The notes: generated by a model from the sequence alone, not told the origin. Positions 1 to 8,958 are shown, counted from the stretch's first letter. The stretch: 64,000 bases of DNA from an uncultured Gammaproteobacteria bacterium (GCA_964493305.1 CAZBLW010000002.1:142812-206811), one strand, 5' to 3'. A program made the numbers and translations.

Positions 1-785
1 AAAATATACTGAAGCTGATGGACGGCGAAAAAGCTGACATGTGTTTTACAGATCCTCCGTATATTCTTGATTACCTTCATACAAAGTATAAGGGCAAGGG
101 TACAGGCTTCGGGTTCAAACGCAACAGAAAATATCTCGGTACCGACGTTCTTCCTCCCGACTTTACTGAAAGGTGGATGGCAAATATTGCTAAGATCGCC
201 AAACCTGATTTTCACATCATTGTCTACGAGAACTGGAAAAACATCCGAACTATTTGGGGCGAGATGGAAAAATACTGGAAGGTAAAAAACATGCTGGTCT
301 GGCATTTGCCGAATCGTACGCAGGGGTTTGCTTCCAAATACAGATTTTTCTCCAAGCACGACATTGCCATGGTCGGAACTTCAAAGAAAATACGGTTTAA
401 CCTTGAACCGGAAATAGAAGAACTGCAAAACGAATACGAAACCGCGCTTTATGCGATTGCCGGAAAACCTCAATGGGAAGGCTACGAGAAAGGTAAAAGA
501 ATCTGTCCTACTGATTTTATTGAATACAAAGCGGCTGATGAGAAAAATTCCGGACAAGGTGTGGTATTCGGCACTAAACCTATTGAGATCCTTATTCCCT
601 ACATTAAGGTGCTTACCAAGCGCGGCGACTTAATCGTTGAGCCATTCGGCGGATCAGGAAGCACTCTGATTGCGGCCGAGAAAATGAAGCGAAAGTGCTT
701 TGTCATAGAGAAATCGCCAGTATACACAGAGGTGATCATTCATCGCTGGGAAAAATTAACTGGGATTAAAGCTAAAAAGCTATGA
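1..785 (+). CDS. DNA methyltransferase, 5'-partial (C-terminal methylase part of a ParB-domain/methyltransferase fusion; N6A/N4C class)
   Basis: DPPY catalytic motif (motif IV) and C-terminal FGGSGST AdoMet motif. Reading frame stays open to window position 3. Roughly 65-70% identity to the full-length paralogue at 5173..6501, which has an N-terminal ParB domain. Confidence 0.8.
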   Translation, partial: NILKLMDGEKADMCFTDPPYILDYLHTKYKGKGTGFGFKRNRKYLGTDVLPPDFTERWMANIAKIAKPDFHIIVYENWKNIRTIWGEMEKYWKVKNMLVWHLPNRTQGFASKYRFFSKHDIAMVGTSKKIRFNLEPEIEELQNEYETALYAIAGKPQWEGYEKGKRICPTDFIEYKAADEKNSGQGVVFGTKPIEILIPYIKVLTKRGDLIVEPFGGSGSTLIAAEKMKRKCFVIEKSPVYTEVIIHRWEKLTGIKAKKL

Positions 786-1150
786 ACAATGCCAAAAAGA
801 GAAAGACAATCAAAACGCGTCAGGCAAAAGAAAAAGCGGTTTTGATTGAACAGCTGAAGAAATATCCGATTCAGTTGTTGGCCTGCGAAAAAGCAGGCAT
901 AGGAAAAGCCACTTATTATCGATGGCGGAACGAAGATCCGAAATTCGCCAAAGCAATCGAAGAAGCAATGGCTGAGGGTGATGAATTTATCAACGACATG
1001 AGCGAACATCAACTGTTGTCATTGATAAAAGAAAAATTCTGGCCGGCAGTTCATTACCGTCTTGAAAAGCGTCATCCGAAGTACAACAAAACAAAGGTCG
1101 AAATTAATTTACCGCTGGATGTTGAATTTCAGCATCATCAAAAAAATTAA
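782..1150 (+). CDS. Terminase small subunit-like HTH protein
   Basis: HTH with GKATYYRWR motif. Sits immediately upstream of and overlapping the terminase large subunit gene. Paralogue at 6503..7021. Confidence 0.45.
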   Translation: MNNAKKRKTIKTRQAKEKAVLIEQLKKYPIQLLACEKAGIGKATYYRWRNEDPKFAKAIEEAMAEGDEFINDMSEHQLLSLIKEKFWPAVHYRLEKRHPKYNKTKVEINLPLDVEFQHHQKN

Positions 1151-1154
1151 ATCT

Positions 1155-2426
1155 ATGTCTGAAAAATACTTAAGCTTATACAAGCCGAGAACTTGGGCAA
1201 TCCCGTTCCACGAAACCGACAAGCGTTGGATGGTGCTTGTGGTTCATCGACGGGCCGGAAAAACAACCGCGGCTCTAAATTACCTGATATACGATGCGAT
1301 AAAGAAACCCGAAACAAAATACGCGTATATAGCCCCGACCTACAAGATGGCTAAAAGCGTTGCCTGGGGTATTTTGAAAAGATACACAAGATTTCCGGGT
1401 GTAATATGCAAAGAATCTGAATTGACGGTAAATTTCCCCGGAGGATCAAAGATAACGCTGTATGGCGCGGAAAACCCGGATCGGTTAAGAGGGATAGGGC
1501 TAAATGGTGTCGTATTTGACGAATACGGCATGCAACCAGCCAACATATTCACGGAAGTTATCCGTCCGACACTTCTTGAAAACGGCGGATATGGAATCTG
1601 GATCGGAACACCGAAAGGCAGGAATGAATTTTATCTGTTGTATGAAATGCGTAAAAACGACAGCGAATGGTTTACCTGTCATTTGACCGTGGATGACACT
1701 GGAGTTATTGATCAGAAAGAAATAGAGAACTCAAAAAACACAATGTCGCACGAAGAATTCATGCAGGAACTTTACTGCTCGTTCAACTCTTCCATAAAGG
1801 GTGCTGTTTATGCGGCACAGCTTGAGAGGGCAAGGAATGATAACCGGATAGGAACAGTTCCTTGGCAACGCGAGCATAAGGTGTTTACGGTTTGGGATAT
1901 CGGCGTTGGACCGGCAATGGCTATCGGCTTCTATCAGCGCATTGGCGCAAGAATGCATATGATAGATTACTGGCAAGGAACCGAGAATGACGGAATCGAT
2001 CAGGCGGTTCAGGCCGTGAAAAGAAAAGAATATATTTATGGATTGCATTTTGCTCCGCACGATATCAACGCCCGGGAAACCAGTACCGGAAAAACAAGAA
2101 TCGATTTCGCCAAAGACTTGGGATTGCCATTCAGTGTTATTGAACTGAATAAAGTAGATGACGGAATTCAGATGGGGCAATTCATGTTCGACAGATTAAT
2201 GATCGATAAAGAAAAATGCGCACTTTGGATTGATGCGATTTCCGAGTACAAAAGGGAATGGGACGAGAAAAGAAATATGTTCAGAGAAATTCCGTATCAC
2301 AACTGGACTTCCCACGCCGCCGATGTTCACCGCTATGCGGCTGTCGTAGAGAACAGAATGGATGATGGCTATGATGATTATCCCGATATACCCGTGAAAG
2401 AGATTAGCTATGATCCGTACTGGTAA
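1155..2426 (+). CDS. Phage terminase large subunit (ATPase + nuclease domains)
   Basis: Walker A HRRAGKTT and a FTVWDIG nuclease-domain motif typical of TerL. Start chosen at the internal ATG (MSEKYL) after the upstream gene's stop, because the ORF-track start at 1062 overlaps the upstream gene. Confidence 0.75.
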   Translation: MSEKYLSLYKPRTWAIPFHETDKRWMVLVVHRRAGKTTAALNYLIYDAIKKPETKYAYIAPTYKMAKSVAWGILKRYTRFPGVICKESELTVNFPGGSKITLYGAENPDRLRGIGLNGVVFDEYGMQPANIFTEVIRPTLLENGGYGIWIGTPKGRNEFYLLYEMRKNDSEWFTCHLTVDDTGVIDQKEIENSKNTMSHEEFMQELYCSFNSSIKGAVYAAQLERARNDNRIGTVPWQREHKVFTVWDIGVGPAMAIGFYQRIGARMHMIDYWQGTENDGIDQAVQAVKRKEYIYGLHFAPHDINARETSTGKTRIDFAKDLGLPFSVIELNKVDDGIQMGQFMFDRLMIDKEKCALWIDAISEYKREWDEKRNMFREIPYHNWTSHAADVHRYAAVVENRMDDGYDDYPDIPVKEISYDPYW

Positions 2427-2456
2427 ATAAGGGATTTTGAGGGCAAAAAGTTATCA

Positions 2457-2507
2457 ACTCGGGACGCTCTGGACTCCTGGTGAGGGTTGCGTCATCCATT
2501 GTGTTGT
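2457..2507 (+). repeat. Conserved sequence upstream of recombinase copy 1 (candidate att core or operator)
   Basis: 22-bp identical core actcgggacgctctggactcct (2457..2478) plus ~25 bp of ~75% similarity. The same sequence is found at 20347..20396 upstream of recombinase copy 2. Confidence 0.6.
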
Positions 2508-3848
2508 ATGGAAAATACAACATTTACGGCTGGTTTGGGGAGTATTAAGAGGCAGACTGTCCAACCCCAGCCGACCAAAATCAAATACTGCCTCTATGCA
2601 AGGAAATCGACCGAGAGCGAGGAGCGGCAAGTCCTCTCTATTGATAGTCAAGTCAAAGAGATGATGCAGCTCGCCGAACGCGAAGGTCTTGATATCGCCG
2701 AAATCAAACGCGAATCGCATTCGGCAAAAGAAACCGGACAAAGGCCGATCTTCAATGAAATCGTTGAAGAAATCAAACAGGGAAAATTCAACGGCATTTT
2801 AACTTGGGCGCCTGACCGTATTTCCAGAAACGCCGGGGATCTTGGGAAAATAGTTGACCTGATGGATGCAAAACTTTTGCAGGAAATTCGCACTTACGGT
2901 CAGCGGTTTAGCGATTCTCCAAATGAAAAATTTTTGCTGATGATTTTAGGATCGCAGGCAAAACTCGAAAACGACAACCGAGGCATTAACGTAAAACGCG
3001 GACTGAGGACAAGAGTTGAAATGGGATTATGGCCGGGCGTAGCACCCCTTGGATATCTCAATCAAAAACTAATGGATAAAAAGTGCCAGATTATTGTTGA
3101 TCCTGCACGGTCGCCGATGGTAAAGAAAATGTTTGAAAAAGTGGCATACGAACACTACTCAGGCAGAAAGATTTACAACTGGCTCAAATTTGAGCTGAAT
3201 TTTCATACACGCGGAAACAAACCGTTAACACTGTCCGGGGTTTACCGCATACTCGATAATCCGTTTTATTACGGACCATTTGAATATCCAAAAGACAGCG
3301 GTAACTGGTACCAAGGCAAACACCAGCCATTGATTACCCAAGAGCTGTTTGAAAAAGCTCAGGCTCAGTTAAAACGCGACCAAACAGTCAGAGAGAATAA
3401 AGAATTTGCTTTTACAAAACTGTTTACCTGCGGCTACTGCGGATCAGGAATCTCGGCAGAAGAAAAATGGAAAGCACTCAAAGATGGGACATCGGCGCAT
3501 TACATTTACTACGGCTGCAGTCGGGCAAGGGATCGAAACTGCAAAAACAAATACATCCGGGAGGAAGAATTGATTGATGAACTTTTGAAGATTATAGACA
3601 AAGTGAATATCAATGAGTTGGGCATGAGGCAGAAGCTTGAGGATGAGATTAGGCGGTTCAACAAATTACAGAAAATCGTAAACGGCAGAACCGGGCAGGC
3701 ATTAGTCGAGGAAAACGAAGTGAATATACGACAATATGCAAAATATCTTTTGAAAGAAGGCAGCGTGTCAGATAAACGCGAACTGCTGGCGAACTTAAGA
3801 AGCAGATTGAATTATAAAGACAAAAAAATAACCTTGATTGAGGAATAG
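2508..3848 (+). CDS. Large serine recombinase (resolvase/integrase family)
   Basis: N-terminal YARKSTESEERQ...SIDSQ resolvase catalytic domain with the Ser nucleophile. Recombinase domain and C-terminal zinc ribbon (CGYCGS...YYGCSRARDRNC). Start placed at the ATG (MENTTF) that aligns with the paralogue's ATG. The ORF track extends the frame to 2487. Confidence 0.85.
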   Translation: MENTTFTAGLGSIKRQTVQPQPTKIKYCLYARKSTESEERQVLSIDSQVKEMMQLAEREGLDIAEIKRESHSAKETGQRPIFNEIVEEIKQGKFNGILTWAPDRISRNAGDLGKIVDLMDAKLLQEIRTYGQRFSDSPNEKFLLMILGSQAKLENDNRGINVKRGLRTRVEMGLWPGVAPLGYLNQKLMDKKCQIIVDPARSPMVKKMFEKVAYEHYSGRKIYNWLKFELNFHTRGNKPLTLSGVYRILDNPFYYGPFEYPKDSGNWYQGKHQPLITQELFEKAQAQLKRDQTVRENKEFAFTKLFTCGYCGSGISAEEKWKALKDGTSAHYIYYGCSRARDRNCKNKYIREEELIDELLKIIDKVNINELGMRQKLEDEIRRFNKLQKIVNGRTGQALVEENEVNIRQYAKYLLKEGSVSDKRELLANLRSRLNYKDKKITLIEE

Positions 3849-3855
3849 ATCAAAA

Positions 3856-3890
3856 CAAAAAAGAGCGATACGAATCGTTCTTTTTTGTTC
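3856..3890 (+). terminator. Rho-independent terminator-like hairpin after recombinase 1
   Basis: Near-palindrome gagcgatacgaatcgttc followed by a T-run. Confidence 0.45.
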
Positions 3891-3896
3891 AACTTT

Positions 3897-3966
3897 TTAT
3901 AGGCACTCGGGTCGCTGACCGCTCTCGATTACTCGGGTCATGCCGATAAAAAATTGTCTTGGCGGT
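3897..3966. repeat. Imperfect direct repeat of the tRNA-Ser-proximal junction (attL/attR-like), with a degenerate tRNA 3'-end-like fragment at 3958..3990
   Basis: ttat-aggcactcgggtcgc and ccgataaaaaattgtcttggcgg match 23328..23347 and 23376..23397. The second copy abuts the 3' end of tRNA-Ser. Confidence 0.6.
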
Positions 3967-4329
3967 GATCTCGGGTTAAGTACCCGTGACCTCAATGTTT
4001 ATAAGAGTATTTTAGCACGAAAATAGCTAGACTGACTAGGCATGTGGGTCGGGGTCTGATTTAACCAAAATGCGACAAATGCGACAGTACTTAGGACTTC
4101 TGCTTTTCGGCCTTTCCAATGGCTCTTGCTTGGGCTGTTAAGCCCAATCTAGTTAGGCGTAATATGGATATTCCAAACTCGTTTGCCTCCTCTTTACTAA
4201 GATTTTGGCCATAATCTCGCTTAATAATTCTTTGAAGATCTTGGATCGTTTTCTTTTTTAACCGCATATTATTATTGGTTACTAATAAATTATAAAAATT
4301 TCTAACGCCATTTATAGGATCGCGTAAAA

Positions 4330-5034
4330 GTGATAAAATGTAAATATATGGCCGAGAATTTAATTAAAATAGACGACTTCTCCCAAGAAACACGCAATAA
4401 GATTGTGGAGATTTTAGATATCATTTTATACAAACTTGAGTTATTTCTCGTCACCAATAATGATGCTGAAAAAACTGACCACATTGAAACACCTTTCTTT
4501 TACAAAGAGTATAAACATCTTAGTTTGCACGATGTTAAAAAAGTAACTGAGATTTTAGAAAAGCATTTTGGAAGGCTTGGCTTTAAATTTCCCTTGAGAG
4601 GTATTGATAAAACAAAAGCGACCGCGTCTTGGAAAAACCTTTATGACGAAATTAAAAACTTTCGTGATTCCTTAAAATCCAAGAGGCCGATTCTTTCTGG
4701 TGACAATATAGTAGATATTTTAATTGTAAAACCAAACACCGACAGCAATAATTATTTGGTCGTTGTAAATCAAAAATTCAATACACCTATAAAAGCAGAT
4801 CGCGCTAAACCATCATGGGAATTGTTGTTTCAAATTGCAACCGACAAAGAAGTTACCTATTCCGATAATCATAAAACCAGTTTAGATTTTTTTAACTCAA
4901 ATAAGAGATGTAAGATCTATACTCAAACTGGTTTATCTCTAACTAAAATATTACAAAGAGAAAGTCGAAATATTGTGCCGGCTGTTAGGATTGGGATCAT
5001 AACCGAAAAAGCGTACAAACAAAAAATCGCTTAA
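4330..5034 (+). CDS. Hypothetical protein
   Basis: 234-aa ORF in AT-rich cargo. No recognisable motifs. Confidence 0.4.
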   Translation: MIKCKYMAENLIKIDDFSQETRNKIVEILDIILYKLELFLVTNNDAEKTDHIETPFFYKEYKHLSLHDVKKVTEILEKHFGRLGFKFPLRGIDKTKATASWKNLYDEIKNFRDSLKSKRPILSGDNIVDILIVKPNTDSNNYLVVVNQKFNTPIKADRAKPSWELLFQIATDKEVTYSDNHKTSLDFFNSNKRCKIYTQTGLSLTKILQRESRNIVPAVRIGIITEKAYKQKIA

Positions 5035-5060
5035 GCCAACTTAAAAAGTGGATAAATATG

Positions 5061-5092
5061 AGACCGCTTGAAATAAGCGGTTTTTTCGTATT
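5061..5092 (+). terminator. Rho-independent terminator
   Basis: Hairpin accgcttgaaataagcggt followed by TTTTTT. Confidence 0.6.
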
Positions 5093-5172
5093 TAAAAAAC
5101 ATCATTTCGGCCTAAATTAAGCTCTTTTTTCTTGAAATACTAAAGGTATTAATAAGTTAATCAAATAAAATT

Positions 5173-6501
5173 ATGAGCGACACAAAACTCACAATCGTGG
5201 AAGTTCCGATCAATGAACTTCGGGCATCGGAGTATAACCCAAGAAAACACTCCAAAGAGCAAGCAGATCAACTTAAAGAATCTATAAAACGATTCGGGAT
5301 GGTTGATCCAGTAATTTGTAATATTGCGCCAGACCGCAAAAACGTAATCATCGGCGGCCATTTTAGAGTTGAAGTAGCCAAAGAAATGGGCATGGTAAAT
5401 GTACCAGTGGTCTACGTTCAAATCACTGACCTAGATAAAGAAAAAGAGTTGAATCTTCGCCTAAACAAAAATGTGGGAGAATTTGATCTCGAGTTGCTAG
5501 CAGAATTTGACGAAGCATTTTTAAAAGACGTTGGATTTACCAGCGAAGATATTGATAACATATTCCCGACCGAGGAAAGTGTTGAGATATTTGATATACA
5601 AGGTGAGCTAACAAAAATAGGAATAGATAATATTACCGTTCAAAAAGGAGACATTTATGAGTTAGATGGATCAAGATTAATGTGTGGTGATTCAACCATA
5701 GAATCAGACATGAACACCCTAATGAAAGACGTTAAAGCCGACATGTGCTTTACAGATCCACCATACATTCTAGATTATCTCAAAGGTAAAACCAAACAAA
5801 AAGATGGAGTGACTACAGGTTTTGGTGCTAAAAAAAATCGTCGTTACCTTGAGACCGATGTTTTGCCGGACAACTTTACCGAATTATGGATGAAAAATAT
5901 CAGTAATATAGCCAAAGAAAATTTCGCAATTATCGTATACGAAAACTGGAAAAATATTCGCACCATTTGGAATGAAATGGAAAAGTATTGGCGAGTAAAA
6001 AATATGATTGTATGGCATTTGCCTAACAGGGTCCAAGGGTTCTCCTCTAAATATAGATTTTTCAATAAACATGATATTGCAATAACTGGAGCGACTGATA
6101 GATTTGTTCTAAATGATGAGGACGAGGACGAATTACTTGAAAACGAATACGAAACAGCCCTTTACGCAATAAGTGGTAAACCACACTGGGAATCATATGA
6201 GAAAGGCAAAAAGATTTGCCCGACCGACTTTATTGAGTTCAAGTCGGCTGATGAAAAATCGTCAGGACAAGGAGTAATTTTCGGCACCAAGCCAACCGAG
6301 ATATTAATTCCATACATTAAAGTACTTACAAAGAGAGATGATTTGATTGTAGAGCCATTCGGCGGAAGCGGATCAACATTAATCGCCTCAATTAAAATGC
6401 ATCGCCGCTGTTACCTCATGGAGAAGTGTCCTACCTACGCGCAAGTAATACTAAAACGCTGGGAAAAAGAGACTGGCAAAAAACCGATAAAGATAAACTA
6501 G
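5173..6501 (+). CDS. ParB-like nuclease domain / DNA methyltransferase fusion protein
   Basis: N-terminal ParB/Srx-like domain (EVPINELRASEYNPRKHS...VICNIAPDRKNVIIGGHFRVEVAKEMG). C-terminal methyltransferase with DPPY and FGGSGST motifs. This is the typical phage packaging-module ParB-methylase. Confidence 0.85.
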   Translation: MSDTKLTIVEVPINELRASEYNPRKHSKEQADQLKESIKRFGMVDPVICNIAPDRKNVIIGGHFRVEVAKEMGMVNVPVVYVQITDLDKEKELNLRLNKNVGEFDLELLAEFDEAFLKDVGFTSEDIDNIFPTEESVEIFDIQGELTKIGIDNITVQKGDIYELDGSRLMCGDSTIESDMNTLMKDVKADMCFTDPPYILDYLKGKTKQKDGVTTGFGAKKNRRYLETDVLPDNFTELWMKNISNIAKENFAIIVYENWKNIRTIWNEMEKYWRVKNMIVWHLPNRVQGFSSKYRFFNKHDIAITGATDRFVLNDEDEDELLENEYETALYAISGKPHWESYEKGKKICPTDFIEFKSADEKSSGQGVIFGTKPTEILIPYIKVLTKRDDLIVEPFGGSGSTLIASIKMHRRCYLMEKCPTYAQVILKRWEKETGKKPIKIN

Positions 6502-6502
6502 T

Positions 6503-7021
6503 ATGATCAGGGGCAAGATTAAACAAAAATTACTCAAAGAAATTGAAAAATTCGGCAATGTATATTTGTCTTGCCAAAAAATTGGAGTTGATAAAGCGAC
6601 TTACTATCGCTGGAAAGATAATGATGAAGAATTTAAAAAGCGAGCAGAAAGAGCCGAAGAAATTGGTCGGGAAAATATAGGTGAAGTGGCTGAGTATAGC
6701 CTTTTGCAAAACATAAAAGAAAAGAACCAACGAGCTATTGAGTTTGCTTTGGTTAATGTTTCAAAGAAATACAAACAAGACAGGACTACTAATGTCATAT
6801 TCATGCACAAAAAAGATATAATTCCAGACGTACCTCAAAAAACGATCGAGGACATGCTTGATGAGTATGCAGAAAGACGAAGGATTGAATCTATTGGCAC
6901 TGTGGGCTCAAAACACGAGATGGATAAGCCGCCAGTAATGCTTCAAGAGAATCAAACGCTTTCAGATAATCAGAACTCAAATTCTGCCATTCAGGACATG
7001 AAGCTGGATAGTAGTACTTAG
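6503..7021 (+). CDS. Terminase small subunit-like HTH protein (paralogue of 782..1150)
   Basis: KATYYRWKDNDEEFKK HTH motif in the same position relative to the ParB-methyltransferase gene. Its 3' end overlaps the convergent nuclease gene by 131 bp. Confidence 0.4.
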   Translation: MIRGKIKQKLLKEIEKFGNVYLSCQKIGVDKATYYRWKDNDEEFKKRAERAEEIGRENIGEVAEYSLLQNIKEKNQRAIEFALVNVSKKYKQDRTTNVIFMHKKDIIPDVPQKTIEDMLDEYAERRRIESIGTVGSKHEMDKPPVMLQENQTLSDNQNSNSAIQDMKLDSST

Positions 7022-7943
7022 AAGTTCGATATGACGAAGTATAATATTTGCCGGTTGTTTGAGAGCTTGCTGAAGTTTGAGACGAAGATGAATCAGTTGC
7101 ACTTGAAGTCGTGTCGCCATTGCAGGTATCAAGAGACCATAAGCCTCTCAGATTTTCTTGAGCTGATTTCTGAGCCGCCTTAAAGTTTGCTTGATATTTA
7201 TATGGCGTGTTGTATGTGTATTCGTGAGCATAACCTTGTTCAATCATGTATTTGTTGTAGAACAAACCATCTTCGCGATAAATATATGCAAGGCGACGAT
7301 TGTATTTATCAAATTCACCTTGAGTTGAATCTTTTTCAATTCTAACTTTCTTGCCGATCAATAATTCTTTAGCTTTATTTGAAGCTTCTTTACCAAAACA
7401 TTGAACTGGTTTTCTTGGATCGACTACCTCTGGAGTATCCATGCCGATTAAGCGTAATGTCTCAATCGTACCGCCTATATTCACCTTTATAGTGTCGCCA
7501 TCTACAACGCTTGAAACGGAATAATATTCATATTGTGAATTATTTTGAATTGCTGGAGTCGGAACTGTAGTTGTCTTTTCTGTTTGAGTCGTCTGAACAT
7601 TTTTAGTTTGTTGAGCTTCTGTCTTGGGTTGCTCCTCTGCTGTTGTAGTAGGATGATTTTCAATGACTACCTCAGGGTTATTGATTTGCGTTGATTCCTT
7701 GTTTTCACTTTCAACAGAAGCACTCTCATTGCTGATTGGCTTTTCTGTTTTCGGAGTAGTTATACCGATACCAAAGAAAGAAACAATTATTATTGCAGAA
7801 CAAACAATCGCAATGGTTTTCCTTTTAGGAATAATTTTAATTGCCCGTTTAAAAACAGACGGCTTAATTAATCCGACAATTAAAGAGATGATTGATAGCA
7901 ATAATGTTAATAAAAATATGTAGGTCATATGGTTGGAAAACAA
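6891..7943 (-). CDS. Membrane-anchored thermonuclease (staphylococcal nuclease/SNase-like domain) with an S/T-rich C-terminal tail
   Basis: N-terminal TM segment and T/Q-rich linker. SNase motifs VVDGDTIKV...LRLIGMDTPE...YNRRLAYIY. Confidence 0.7.
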   Translation of the reverse strand: MFSNHMTYIFLLTLLLSIISLIVGLIKPSVFKRAIKIIPKRKTIAIVCSAIIIVSFFGIGITTPKTEKPISNESASVESENKESTQINNPEVVIENHPTTTAEEQPKTEAQQTKNVQTTQTEKTTTVPTPAIQNNSQYEYYSVSSVVDGDTIKVNIGGTIETLRLIGMDTPEVVDPRKPVQCFGKEASNKAKELLIGKKVRIEKDSTQGEFDKYNRRLAYIYREDGLFYNKYMIEQGYAHEYTYNTPYKYQANFKAAQKSAQENLRGLWSLDTCNGDTTSSATDSSSSQTSASSQTTGKYYTSSYRTSKYYYPASCPEWQNLSSDYLKAFDSLEALLAAYPSRVLSPQCQ

Positions 7944-7944
7944 A

Positions 7945-7972
7945 AAACCAGCTGTCTTATAGCTGGCGATAG
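7945..7972 (-). terminator. Rho-independent terminator (minus-strand orientation)
   Basis: ccagctgtcttatagctgg hairpin. Read on the minus strand it is followed by TTTTTTG. Confidence 0.5.
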
Positions 7973-7978
7973 AGATAT

Positions 7979-8165
7979 GTGTGGATACACAGAACCCCGC
8001 GCCAGCTAGACCTTACGGTCCCATACCAGTTTCCCGATATGACCCATGGAAGAGTCGCTGAACGCGGGGTTCAGTATCTTCGTTGGGTTTTCCCGACCAT
8101 ATCCTTTGGGGAAACCAAAGGGGTTAGGTCGCTGGCCTTTCGACCAGTAATATTAAATTGTTAAG
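7979..8165 (-). ncRNA. Candidate structured non-coding RNA (unclassified)
   Basis: About 190 nt of locally GC-rich sequence in an AT-rich intergenic region, with nested inverted repeats: gaaccccgcg/cgcggggttc (10 bp), cctttgg/ccaaagg around a ggaaa loop, cgacc/ggtcg, and gccagc..gacc/ggtc..gctggc. A minus-strand intrinsic terminator lies immediately downstream. Strand and identity are uncertain. Confidence 0.25.
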
Positions 8166-8331
8166 TACATTTTACCAGAAAATCCAAAGGATTTAAAGGC
8201 CTCTGTACTTTAGCTTAATAACAGGGGTTTGCGAAGTCGAGTTACCAACAGCTAAATTCTGTGAATATTGGAATTTAATATGTCCATATTTTTGATTTTG
8301 TGATAAAATAATTATAGAGAAATTCAATCTT

Positions 8332-8958
8332 ATGAAGATAAAAATGTCTTATCAAATTACACCAACAAATGACTCAATGATACGAGTTGTTTTGAGAAAA
8401 AAATTAGAGAAAAAACACGCTAAGGATAAACACGTTAGAATTATAGATGAATTAGGATTGCATCATGGTGATGCAAGGGTTGATATTGCCGTGGTGAATG
8501 GTGTTATGCATGGATATGAAATAAAAAGTGATCAAGACACTCTATTTAGGTTACCTGAACAAATTCAAGTATATAATTCTGTGTTTGATAAAATGACACT
8601 CGTAGTTGGTAAAAGTCATTTATACGAAGCAATAAAGATTGTTCCTGATTGGTGGGGCGTCGTAGTCGCGAAAACAGATACTAATGGAAATGTTATTTTT
8701 AACACTATCAGGAAAGAGGAAACCAATAAGGCGCAAAATCAGTTGTCTGTAGCAAGACTTCTTTGGAGAGAGGAAGCCCTTAGAATTCTCGAGGATATTG
8801 ACGAAGCAAAGGGATTACGTTCCAAGCCTAGAGATTTAATTTATACTAAATTATCTACTGTTTTAGATCAGAAAACTTTAAACAAAAAAGTTAGAGAGAC
8901 AATTTTCTTTAGGACAGATTGGCGATCTGAGTCGCCGCTACTGTCATATGGTGGTTAA
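8332..8958 (+). CDS. Hypothetical protein with PD-(D/E)xK nuclease-like motif (possibly sce7726-like)
   Basis: GDARVDIAVV...GYEIKSD matches the D...ExK arrangement of the restriction-endonuclease fold. 208 aa. The family assignment is from memory and unverified. Confidence 0.4.
   Translation: MKIKMSYQITPTNDSMIRVVLRKKLEKKHAKDKHVRIIDELGLHHGDARVDIAVVNGVMHGYEIKSDQDTLFRLPEQIQVYNSVFDKMTLVVGKSHLYEAIKIVPDWWGVVVAKTDTNGNVIFNTIRKEETNKAQNQLSVARLLWREEALRILEDIDEAKGLRSKPRDLIYTKLSTVLDQKTLNKKVRETIFFRTDWRSESPLLSYGG

Larger units (their letters stand above)
1..3966. mobile_element. Right end of an integrated phage-like element (partial; continues upstream of the window)
   Basis: Carries a ParB-methyltransferase, TerS, TerL and a serine recombinase, and ends at the att-like repeat. 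Visibly GC-richer than the adjacent cargo. Confidence 0.45.

Noticed and set aside
2437-2893. ORFs 2437..2664 (+), 2454..2741 (-) and 2648..2893 (-) overlapping the recombinase and its upstream site
   Set aside because: Alternative-frame or antisense ORFs overlapping a well-supported serine recombinase. The 2437 ORF spans the conserved non-coding site.
4091-4267. Possible 58-aa minus-strand ORF (MRLKKKTIQDLQRII...) in the spacer between the att-like repeat and the first cargo gene
   Set aside because: Below the ORF-track threshold. Hand-translated only. No motif or RBS support. May be a small regulator but cannot be supported.
7979-8165. Considered whether the GC-rich structured element is a 5S rRNA or the 3' end of RNase P RNA. 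It has GGUCCCA, CCCAUG and GAAC strings and a terminal helix.
   Set aside because: The overall helix pattern is incompatible with 5S: a perfect 10-bp internal stem has no 5S counterpart, there is no partner for a helix II strand, and the length is about 140-190 nt. The RNase P-like strings lie on opposite strands. It is kept only as an unclassified ncRNA candidate.
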